A DNA stretch of 64,000 nt, taken from contig CBDCXR010000004.1 in NCBI GenBank assembly GCA_965223845.1, positions 6,624,001-6,688,000 on the forward strand. The letters are read 5' to 3'. Under the pieces are notes generated by a model. The model saw nothing but the letters and a program-made list of their open reading frames with translations. It was not told where the DNA came from and did no database searches. The position numbers were made by a program, and so were the translations under genes. Of this stretch, positions 20,365 to 29,421 are shown piece after piece. Origin of the DNA: Planctomycetota bacterium. Its GTDB lineage: Bacteria > Planctomycetota > UBA8108 > SXIK01. Position 1 is the first letter of the stretch, and every line of letters starts with the position of its first letter.

Positions 20365-23300
20365 CCCTCGCATCCCGGAAAGATCCCGCACGCGAGCTCG
20401 GCGTCGGGAAGCACGGCATCGCACTCGTCGAACGGCGGCGGGGGAGGCATCCCGTCCCCGAAGAGGTAGTTCAAGTGGTAGATCGGATCGGCGATGTTGA
20501 GCGCGTCGTCCGCATTGGTGTCCGCGGAGGCCGCGCAGTCGAGCGTCGTCTCGTCCGCGAAGAGGAATCCCAACACGAAGATCGGGTCGGCGATGTTGCT
20601 ATCGCCGTCGATGTTCGCATCGCCGCGACGAAACTTCGACGAAACGAACTCGAGCGCCCCCATGTCGACTGCGGGCCCGAGGATGCGCGGTCGACCGTCG
20701 AGATCGATCGTGGTCGGGACGGGCTCCGAGCCTGAATCGATCGCGGGTGACCCGGCCCGGAGGCGGTAGTCGCCCGCTACCCAAACGACGCCCTCGCCTT
20801 CGCCCGGCCGACGGAACATCGGATCGGCGTCGAGGACCTCGGTGATCTCCGCGTGCCCGGGAAGCACTCCTTCGACGATCGAGTGCGACACGCGGGTGAA
20901 CCCGACGGGTTGCTCCTCGTTTCTCTCGTGCACGATGCCCTTCCCCACGCCGTTACCCGAGACGACGGAGTTCCGCACGGTCAGCTCGGACTGCCAGACG
21001 TGGACAGCCGACGTATCGTCGCCGGCTTGATCCCCGTTGTTCTCTGTGATCGTGCAGCCGACGAGGTCGACGCGGAGCTCGCCACCGACCAGCGCGCTAC
21101 CGGAATAGCCGTGATTCCCGGCGATGATCGAGTCCCAGATCGTAAAGGACGAGTTGTAGCTCTGAATCCCCGATAGCCCGTTCGCGACGATTCGACTGCC
21201 GACGATCTTGAGGTCGTCGCCCTGTGACGAGAAGATCCCGTTCACGAAATTGCGCTCGATGCGGCAAGCCGTGAGCTCGGCCTTGACCGATCCGGCCGAG
21301 TAGAAGCCTCCGCCGAAGCGCCTTCCGTGACCCCCCACGAAGCCGCGGGAGCGGGAGAGGACCGAGCGCTCGATCACGACCTTCGCGTCCTCCCAGCAGG
21401 TCACGCCGTTCTGCTCGTTCTCGTCGATGATCGCGTCCGCGATGCGCACCTCGGACTTGGGCCCGCAGACGATCCCGGAACTGGCGTGCCTGACCACGAC
21501 GACGCGCTCGACGTTCGATGCAGAATCCGCGGACACGAAGATGCCGATGCCGTCGCTGCCCTCGACTCGAAGGTCGGAAACGTTTCCCCGAACGTCGACG
21601 AGCCGTCCGGAGATCGTGCTGCTCGAGGGACCCGATCCGGCGAGGCTCACGCCGGGTCCGAGAAGAAAGGTGCCGACGTACGTTCCCGGAGCGAGGTGGA
21701 TCGTGCGGTTCGGCGCGCTCGGAGCCGAACAGGTGGGAAACGGTGCACCCATGTCGCCTGCGTCACGCCCGGTGCCGAGGCACGGCGATTCCTGCGAGAG
21801 GGCGAAGCTCGGATCGACCGCGCGATCGAGCGTCTGGTACGGCCGGTCTCGCGTTCCGTCGCCCCCGGGCTCGACGTCGGCATCCACCCAGACCGCCGCG
21901 GATTCACCAAACCCACAGAATCTCGGATCGAGGTTTATGTTTCCTTCGCCCGCGGGCGGCTCACCCTCGACGCACGAGAACGACACCTCGACCGGATTCT
22001 CTTCGAGCGCACCCGCGAGGCCGCCGGCCGAATTGTCCCAGAGGATGCTGCTCTGAATCTGCGCCGGACCGCCCACCCAGACGCCGCAGCCGAAGACTCC
22101 GAAATTGTGCGCGATCGTCGTGCGATCGATCCAAAGTTGGGTGCCATGTGTGGTCACCGCGCATCCGTCGTTGGCTACGAGCAGCGATCGGGAGACGTCG
22201 GCGCTGCCGTCGACGAAGTTGAGCCCACCCGCATTTCGCTCGATCCGCGAGTCCTCGATTTCGATCTCTGCGCCTCGAGAGGCGAGGCCGATTCCGTTGT
22301 TGCCGCGGATCGTGACGTTTGCGAACGACGGTTTGGAGCCGATCTCGCAGAACGCTCCTCCGAACGCTCCTTCCGTGATGAGAGAGTCCTCGATCAGTGG
22401 CTCGGACTCGACGCCACACTGGAGAGCGTAGGGAAAGCCTCCCCGCAGTGTGCACGCCGTAATGACGGGGGCCGCGCCGCGCGCGACGTAGACGTGTCCT
22501 TCGACTGTGACGTCGCGCACGACGGCATCCGCCCGTACGTCGCGAAGGTCTCCGGCGATGGTCGTGCGCGACGCTCCCGCACCCGCGATCGAGAGCGGGG
22601 CGGGAAGCGCGGCGACGATCTCGTACCGACCACTCGCCAGATGAAGCGCGGCGCTACTCGGGCCCGGTTCGTCGCACGAGGTCCCCGGCCAGCCTCGATC
22701 CGCGCCGTTCTCGCCGGTCGCTCGACACGGTGAGTTCGGTGCGAGCGCCCAGTCGTAGGCGCTATCGAGACGGAGAGCGCGAAACGGCCGATCGGCAGTA
22801 CCGTCGCCGCCGGCGGCGGCGCCCGCGTCGACGTAGAAATCGCCGCGTGCCCAACCGCAGAAGAGTGGATCGACGGAGATGTTGTTCTGGCCTCGGTCGA
22901 CGAAGGGCTCGGGCAGGCAGGAGAAATCGACGAGGAGTTGACCGTCGCCGTGGATCAAGATCTCCTCGTCCGCGGAGTTCGCCCACACGACCGAGTCGCG
23001 AAGTGAAACTTGCCCGCCGTTGATCCGCAAACCGATCGACGAATTTCCCGCGATGGTGACGCCTCGCGCGTTCACGCTGCTAGCATTGTCGACGACGAAG
23101 ATGCCCGCGGCGCCTGCGGAGGACACGTTCGCGGCGACCAAGCAGTCCGCGATCTCCGCCCGGGTGGCGATCAGATAGATTCCGGCACCGAAAAAGCCGT
23201 CGGTTAAGTTCGCTAGCACGCGGCAACTTCTGATCTCGACGCGCATCGATCTCATGAACAAGCCACCGGTTCCGCGGCAGCGAACGACATCGACGTTCTC

Positions 23301-24767
23301 GAGCGCCGAGGATGCGTCGGGCAAGGTCGGTTCGTCGGCCCAGATCCCTCCAGCCGGACCAACCTCGATCGTGACGTCGCGGACGGAGGAACCCGGCCGT
23401 AGGCCGACGAGCGTACCTTGGACGGTGGTTTGATCGCGCCCTGCTCCGTGTAGAGTCACGTTCCGGTGGAGCGGAAGAACCGCGGCGGCGTAGCGCCCCG
23501 GTGCGGCGATCAGGGTCGTGCGATCCGGACCCTTCTCCGCGCATCCGGGGACGTCCGCTCCGATCGGACCACCGTCGCCGCCGGCCGTCATGCAAGGCGA
23601 CGCGGCCGAGAGGCCGTAGTCGTACCGAAGCGCCTCGCCGATCGAAGCGAACGGACGCTCGGCAGATCCGTCGCCATCCGGTGGAGCACCGGCGGAAACG
23701 TAACGGGTGTCGCCGCCCCAAGCGCAGAAAAGCGGATCTGTATCGATGACCGTTTCGGCGAACTCTAGCTCGTAGTCTTCGAGGCAGGAGTGCTTGACGT
23801 CGATCAGCCCATCGAGGCGCCACGAACCGCGCCACAGATTTCCCCAGACGATCGAGTTCGTGAGCTCTCCCCCCCCGCTCATTCTGAGCGGCTGCTCGAA
23901 GAGATGGTTCCCGGCGAGCGTGAGCCGGTCGACGGAGATGCTTTGTTCTCCGTACATGTCGATTCCGTGGCCACGACTGAAGTTGTCCGCGACGAGGCAG
24001 TTCGAGATCGAGACGACGCGATCGTAGAGACCGACGAGAGATCCCCACTGCTGATTCTGGTTCGCGATGATCCGCACGCCGTCGATCGTCACGTCGGAGT
24101 TGGTCGAGTAGATCGCGACGAAGGAGTCAGCGATGTTGCCCCTGAGCTCCGTGTCGACGAGCTCGAGGGTGGCGTTCTCCAAATGAAAGCCTCCGCCGAT
24201 GCGGAACGTACTCCCACTCGAGCGCGTCAAATTCTCGACGACGAGACACTTCGAGACGCGCACGGCCGAACGATCGCGAATGAGAAACCCACCGCCTGCG
24301 CGCTGCGTGCGGACGCCGCGTCCACCGACGGTTCTCGTGAGTCTCCCTTGGCCCTCGCGGACCGTAAAGCCCTCGACCACGCTCCGGATCGATTCTCCGC
24401 GCTCGAACACGAAGACACTCGACTCGTCGGGATCGTCGGGCGTCTCGCTCATCCGAATGATCGTCGCCTCTGCACCCGTTTCGGAACGGAGCTCGAGATC
24501 TTTGCGCGGAGGCGACGTGTCGTCGCCCGGAACGTGCAGGCGATTGAAGTTGAGCGGCGCCGAGATCGCGTACTCGCCTGGAGCGACGAGCACGGTGTCC
24601 CCGTCCGCGGCGACGTCGAGCGCCTCTTGAATCGTCGGGCGATCGGCGGGTACGCGGATGACATCTCCCGCCGCGCGACCCGGGCTCATCGTGACGACGA
24701 TGGCGGCGAGAAGCACCGCGGGCAGAGAAATGCGGAGTGGCTCGGAAACGATTCGGTTTGCTCCCAC
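20361..24767 (-). CDS. Secreted parallel beta-helix repeat protein with C-terminal dockerin-like domain, paralog 1
   Basis: GTG start, signal peptide, VPADRPTIQEALDVAADGDTVLVAPGEY, repeated NSIVWGN, DYRLRAGSPAIDSG...VDMGALE, FRRGDANIDG. Confidence 0.88.
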   Translation of the reverse strand: MGANRIVSEPLRISLPAVLLAAIVVTMSPGRAAGDVIRVPADRPTIQEALDVAADGDTVLVAPGEYAISAPLNFNRLHVPGDDTSPPRKDLELRSETGAEATIIRMSETPDDPDESSVFVFERGESIRSVVEGFTVREGQGRLTRTVGGRGVRTQRAGGGFLIRDRSAVRVSKCLVVENLTRSSGSTFRIGGGFHLENATLELVDTELRGNIADSFVAIYSTNSDVTIDGVRIIANQNQQWGSLVGLYDRVVSISNCLVADNFSRGHGIDMYGEQSISVDRLTLAGNHLFEQPLRMSGGGELTNSIVWGNLWRGSWRLDGLIDVKHSCLEDYELEFAETVIDTDPLFCAWGGDTRYVSAGAPPDGDGSAERPFASIGEALRYDYGLSAASPCMTAGGDGGPIGADVPGCAEKGPDRTTLIAAPGRYAAAVLPLHRNVTLHGAGRDQTTVQGTLVGLRPGSSVRDVTIEVGPAGGIWADEPTLPDASSALENVDVVRCRGTGGLFMRSMRVEIRSCRVLANLTDGFFGAGIYLIATRAEIADCLVAANVSSAGAAGIFVVDNASSVNARGVTIAGNSSIGLRINGGQVSLRDSVVWANSADEEILIHGDGQLLVDFSCLPEPFVDRGQNNISVDPLFCGWARGDFYVDAGAAAGGDGTADRPFRALRLDSAYDWALAPNSPCRATGENGADRGWPGTSCDEPGPSSAALHLASGRYEIVAALPAPLSIAGAGASRTTIAGDLRDVRADAVVRDVTVEGHVYVARGAAPVITACTLRGGFPYALQCGVESEPLIEDSLITEGAFGGAFCEIGSKPSFANVTIRGNNGIGLASRGAEIEIEDSRIERNAGGLNFVDGSADVSRSLLVANDGCAVTTHGTQLWIDRTTIAHNFGVFGCGVWVGGPAQIQSSILWDNSAGGLAGALEENPVEVSFSCVEGEPPAGEGNINLDPRFCGFGESAAVWVDADVEPGGDGTRDRPYQTLDRAVDPSFALSQESPCLGTGRDAGDMGAPFPTCSAPSAPNRTIHLAPGTYVGTFLLGPGVSLAGSGPSSSTISGRLVDVRGNVSDLRVEGSDGIGIFVSADSASNVERVVVVRHASSGIVCGPKSEVRIADAIIDENEQNGVTCWEDAKVVIERSVLSRSRGFVGGHGRRFGGGFYSAGSVKAELTACRIERNFVNGIFSSQGDDLKIVGSRIVANGLSGIQSYNSSFTIWDSIIAGNHGYSGSALVGGELRVDLVGCTITENNGDQAGDDTSAVHVWQSELTVRNSVVSGNGVGKGIVHERNEEQPVGFTRVSHSIVEGVLPGHAEITEVLDADPMFRRPGEGEGVVWVAGDYRLRAGSPAIDSGSEPVPTTIDLDGRPRILGPAVDMGALEFVSSKFRRGDANIDGDSNIADPIFVLGFLFADETTLDCAASADTNADDALNIADPIYHLNYLFGDGMPPPPPFDECDAVLPDAELACGIFPGCEG

Positions 24768-24889
24768 GGGACTTCCCCAGATTCCCTGCCGCTGGTCTAG
24801 CCTGTCGACGCGCTGAGCGATCGAACGTCACACCCGTCCGCACGCCCCGAGGATGCTTTCCATTCTCAACGTTCTCGACGGCGCGAGCA

Positions 24890-27800
24890 TCATTCGCAGC
24901 CAGGAAAGATCTCGCAGTCGAGCATCTGTTCGGGTGACGTTTCCCCGCATTCCTCGAACGGAGGCGGCGGAGGAGATCCGTCGCCGAAGAGATAGTTCAG
25001 GTGATAGATCGGATCGGCGATGTTGAGAGAGTCGTCCGCATTGACGTCGGCGGCGGCGGCGCAGTCGAGCGCGGCTCCGTCCTCGAAAAGGAATCCGAGC
25101 ACGAAGATCGGGTCGGCGATATTGCTCGCGCCGTCGAGATTCGCGTCACTCCGGCGGAAGGGCGACGTGCAGTATTCGTATGCTCCGAGATCGACGAGCG
25201 GTCCGCAGACTCGCGCGCGTCCGACGAGATCGACCGACGTGGGAACCGGCATCGAGCCGACATCGATCGCGGGAGAGCTCGGCTGAAGCCGGTAGTCACC
25301 CCTCTCCCAAGCAGCGCCGTCTCCTTCGCCGCGGGCGTGAAAGAGCGGATCGGCATTGATGACATCCGCGAGTTCCGCATGCTCGGGGAGCTCGCCTTCG
25401 ACGAGCGAGCTCGTCACCTTCGTGAATCCCTGCGGAGGATCTTCGTTTCGGTAGTGCATGATGCTCGCTCCGAGTCCGTTCCCCCAAACAATCGAATTGC
25501 GGAGAGTGAACTCGGAGTTGTGGAGAACGATCGCCTGAGTCCTGTCGTCTCCCGGACCGCTGCGATTCTCGGTCACGGTGCAGCCGATCATCTCGACCGT
25601 TAGGTTTCCGCCGGTGAGCGCCGTTCCGTCGTAGCTGTGGTTCCCCGCGATGAGCGAATCGGTGAGCTGCAGCTTGCCGTTGTGCGCTTGAATGCCCGAC
25701 TGATTGTTAGCGGTCACCTCACATGCCACGATGGAGATTTCGTCGCCGTTCCCCGCGAAGATCCCGCTCACGTCGTTGCGCTCGAGAAGACAGTGAGTGA
25801 GAGTCGCTTTCACGAGGCTCGCCGCGTAGAATCCTCCGCCGAAACGGGAACCGTGCCGCCCCGGGAAGCCCGCGGATCGAGCGATCGTCGTGTGATGGAC
25901 CTCGATCTGAGCCCCTTCCCAGCACGCGATGCCGGCTTCGCCGTTGTCGTCGAAAACGGAACTCTCGACCACGACGTTCGAATTCGGTCCGCAGACGATG
26001 CCGGATCGCGCCGCTCCGACGACGAACACGCGCTCGATGTGCGCGCTCGCTCCCGTCGAGACGAGGATTCCATCGGCGTCGCTCCCGTCGACACGAAGAT
26101 TCGAGACGCCTCCGCGCAAGTCGGCGATCCCGCCGTGGATCACCGTCTCCCCTGAGCCCGCTCCGACGAGATCGATTCCGGAGCCGAGGACGATCGGTCC
26201 GGAATAGTCGCCGCTCGCGAGATGGATCGTCCTCGCGTCGGCGCCGGTGGTCGCACACGGCTCGAATGGGATTCCGATATCACCGCCGTCCGTGCCGGCG
26301 CCGAGGCAGGGTGAGCCTTCGGCGAGCGCGAAGCTGAACTCGGTCGCCGCGTTCGGGTGGGTGAACGGAGTCTCGCGCGAGCCGTCGCCACCGGCGGGAG
26401 CGTTCGCGTCGACCCACATTTCGTCGGCCGCACCGAGTCCGCAAAATGCGGGATCGAGATTCAGGTTTCCTTCACCTGGTACGAGCTCGCCTTCAACGCA
26501 AGAGTAGGAAACGGTCGCGTTCGCTGCGCTGAGGAGACTCTTCTCGGTGTTGCCCCATATGATGCTGTCTCGAATCGTCGTTTCGCCGGACGCGGTAACC
26601 GTGCAAGAAAACGCACCGTAGTTCCGAGCGATCGTCGTTTGGGCGACGGTGAGCTGCGTCCGCTGCGAGGAAATCGGGCAGCCCGAGTTGCGCGCGATGA
26701 GGCAGCGCGTGATCGTCGCGGAACCGCTGTTGAGACTGAGCCCACCTCCGTTCGCGAGGATGCTCGAGTCGACGAGCTCGATGGTCGCCTCTTGAGAGAT
26801 GAGCGCGACGCCGACATACCCTCGGACTTCGATGCCCTGAAATACGGGTCGAGACGTCGATTCACAGGTGATCGCGTTGGCCGAACCGTCCCTGAACGTC
26901 GTGTCGGAGATCAAAGGATCGGATCCTGCGCGGCAAACGAGAGCGGTGCTCGATCCGCCGCTGAGGACGCTGTTCTCGATCGTCGCCGATGCCTCCCTCG
27001 CCACGTAGACCGTTCCCTCGACCGCTAGGTCGCGGAGACTCGAAGTACCGGAGAGCTCGGCGATGCCTCCCGCGATGGTCGTTTGATCGGCTCCCGCGCC
27101 TTCGATTCGAACGGGTCCGGGGAAGGATGCGTCGAGGCGATACCGTCCCGCCGCGATGTCGATCGAGAGCTCCGCGGGGCCGCGGTCGCCGCAGGACGGC
27201 GCCGACCAACCGCGATCGACTCCGTTCTCACCGGATCCGCGGCAAGGCGACGCGTCCGCGAGCGCCCAGTTGTAACCGAGACCGGCATCGAACGAACGGA
27301 GCGGTCGTTCCGCGCTGCCGTCGCCGCCCACTGGAGCGGCCGCGTCGACATGCAGGCTTTCGCGTCCCCATCCGCAGAAAAGCGGATCGACCGAAATGTT
27401 CTCCTTGCCGCGCGCGAACGGTTCCGGCAGGCACGAGTACTCCGCGTCGAGTACGCCGCCGGACAGTCGGATGTCTTCGCTCGAAGCGTTCCCCCACACG
27501 ATCGAGTTTTTCATCGTGACTTGGCCGTTCCCGATGAGAAGACCGGTACCCGACGGTGTCCAATTGCCCGCGATCGTCACGCGGTTGAGGTCGACGGACG
27601 GAGCAACTCCCGAGACCGTGAGGGCGCCGCTCCCCGAGAGGAAGCGATTCCCGGCGATGAGACTGTCTTCCATTTTGATCGCTCCGCCTGAATGCCAGAC
27701 GGCGCTTCCGAGCGTCCAATCGGCGGAATTGTCGACGACGCGGCAGGCGCGCATCGTGAGATTCGCGTTCTGCACGACCACGCCGCCGTTCGCCCGGCAG

Positions 27801-29296
27801 CGGCGGATGTCGACCGATTCCATCACGACCGGCGGCTCGGCGATGGTCATCTCGCCGATCCAGACTCCGCCCGATGGTCCTTCGGCGATCGTGATGTCGC
27901 GAATCTCCGCCCCGGGGCGTGCGCCGACGAGCGTTCCGCGAACTGTCGTCGCTTGGGCGTCGCTTCCGTGAATGCTCACGTTCTGACCGAGCGGGACGAT
28001 CGGAAGCTCGTAGTCTCCCGGCTCGAGAACGATTCGCGTGCGATCGCGACCGGCAGTCTCGCACGACTCGAGCTCCGCCCCGATGGGCCCGCCGTCCTCA
28101 CCGGCGGTTCGACACGGCGATGTCGCGCCGAGACCGTAGCCGTAGCGGAGTGCGTCGCGAAGCGAATCGAACGGTCGCTCCGGAGTCCCGTCTCCTCCCG
28201 GTGCGGCATCGTCATCTACTCGAAGTGATTCGAGATCTCCCCAGGCGCAGAACTCGGGATCCTGATCGATCACCGTTTCGCCGAGTCGAGGGGCTCGGTT
28301 CTGAATGCACGAGTGGTGGACGTCGACCGCCTCGGAGAAGTCGATGGGCGGGCGATGAAGGTTTCCCCAGATGATCGAATTCTCGAGCTCGGCGGGGACG
28401 CTCAAGTAGATCGGCGCGTCGCGGAAGAGGTTCCCGGCGATGGTGAGTCGATCGATCGAGGCGGGGTTCGCGCCCCAGATGTTGACTCCCCCCGCTTGGC
28501 TGTAGTTGTCGGCGACGAGGCAGTCGGAAATCCTGAGCTCGCAGTTCCCGAACTGCGCCATCGGGACCCAGCCGCGGTTGTGATTCGCCAGGATGCGAAC
28601 CGTCGCGAGAGAGACGTCGGAGTCGGTCATAAAGACTGCGGCACCCCAGTCGCCGACGTTTGCGCTGATTTCGCTCTCGGTGATCTCGACGATCGAGTTT
28701 TCGACGTAGAGACCGCCGCCCACGTGGGAGGTGTTCTCCTGAATCCGAGTGAAGTTCCCCGTGATCGCGCAGCTCGCAATGCGTACCGCAGACCGGTCTC
28801 GGATGAGGAAGCCGCCTCCCTGTCGCTGCGGGCCGTAGCAAAAGAAACAGCTCACGCTCGTGGCGAGGCGGCCCTGTCCGCCCGTGACGGTGAATCCTTC
28901 TACGAAGCTCCGGTTCGATTCGCCTTTCTCGAACACGAAGACACTCGCCTCGTCGGGGTCGTCCGGCTCGTCGTGCATTCGAATCACGGTCGCGTCGGCG
29001 CCGGATTCGGAGCGAAGCTCGAGATCCTTGAGCGCGGGCGAGGTAGCGTCGAGTGGATCGTGAAATCGATTGAAGCTGAGCGGGTTCGTGATGACGTACT
29101 CGCCCGGGGCGACGAGGATCGTGTCGCCGTCTGCGGCGACGTCGAGAGCCTCTTGAATGGTGGCGTGATCAGCGGGGACGCGGAGGATGTCGGTGTGCCC
29201 GACTCGGGCTCCGAGCGCGATCACTCCGAGCGCGATGATTCCGCGCAGGCTCAGGCGGTCCGGCCGACTGGTCCGCTCGATCGAGTTCGATCCCAC
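24890..29296 (-). CDS. Secreted parallel beta-helix repeat protein with dockerin-like domain, paralog 2
   Basis: Colinear with paralog 1; GTG 29296 follows GAGGGG, then a signal peptide. Confidence 0.88.
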   Translation of the reverse strand: MGSNSIERTSRPDRLSLRGIIALGVIALGARVGHTDILRVPADHATIQEALDVAADGDTILVAPGEYVITNPLSFNRFHDPLDATSPALKDLELRSESGADATVIRMHDEPDDPDEASVFVFEKGESNRSFVEGFTVTGGQGRLATSVSCFFCYGPQRQGGGFLIRDRSAVRIASCAITGNFTRIQENTSHVGGGLYVENSIVEITESEISANVGDWGAAVFMTDSDVSLATVRILANHNRGWVPMAQFGNCELRISDCLVADNYSQAGGVNIWGANPASIDRLTIAGNLFRDAPIYLSVPAELENSIIWGNLHRPPIDFSEAVDVHHSCIQNRAPRLGETVIDQDPEFCAWGDLESLRVDDDAAPGGDGTPERPFDSLRDALRYGYGLGATSPCRTAGEDGGPIGAELESCETAGRDRTRIVLEPGDYELPIVPLGQNVSIHGSDAQATTVRGTLVGARPGAEIRDITIAEGPSGGVWIGEMTIAEPPVVMESVDIRRCRANGGVVVQNANLTMRACRVVDNSADWTLGSAVWHSGGAIKMEDSLIAGNRFLSGSGALTVSGVAPSVDLNRVTIAGNWTPSGTGLLIGNGQVTMKNSIVWGNASSEDIRLSGGVLDAEYSCLPEPFARGKENISVDPLFCGWGRESLHVDAAAPVGGDGSAERPLRSFDAGLGYNWALADASPCRGSGENGVDRGWSAPSCGDRGPAELSIDIAAGRYRLDASFPGPVRIEGAGADQTTIAGGIAELSGTSSLRDLAVEGTVYVAREASATIENSVLSGGSSTALVCRAGSDPLISDTTFRDGSANAITCESTSRPVFQGIEVRGYVGVALISQEATIELVDSSILANGGGLSLNSGSATITRCLIARNSGCPISSQRTQLTVAQTTIARNYGAFSCTVTASGETTIRDSIIWGNTEKSLLSAANATVSYSCVEGELVPGEGNLNLDPAFCGLGAADEMWVDANAPAGGDGSRETPFTHPNAATEFSFALAEGSPCLGAGTDGGDIGIPFEPCATTGADARTIHLASGDYSGPIVLGSGIDLVGAGSGETVIHGGIADLRGGVSNLRVDGSDADGILVSTGASAHIERVFVVGAARSGIVCGPNSNVVVESSVFDDNGEAGIACWEGAQIEVHHTTIARSAGFPGRHGSRFGGGFYAASLVKATLTHCLLERNDVSGIFAGNGDEISIVACEVTANNQSGIQAHNGKLQLTDSLIAGNHSYDGTALTGGNLTVEMIGCTVTENRSGPGDDRTQAIVLHNSEFTLRNSIVWGNGLGASIMHYRNEDPPQGFTKVTSSLVEGELPEHAELADVINADPLFHARGEGDGAAWERGDYRLQPSSPAIDVGSMPVPTSVDLVGRARVCGPLVDLGAYEYCTSPFRRSDANLDGASNIADPIFVLGFLFEDGAALDCAAAADVNADDSLNIADPIYHLNYLFGDGSPPPPPFEECGETSPEQMLDCEIFPGCE

Positions 29297-29421
29297 GGGG
29301 TCCCCCTCGGATTCAACGGTGGAAGCGAGAATGACTCGAGCGAACGGTGGACCCTCGAGATTCGCGCACACTTCGAAACGACTTGGCACCATTCTCTGCC
29401 CTCTTTTCGCCGCCCGCATCA

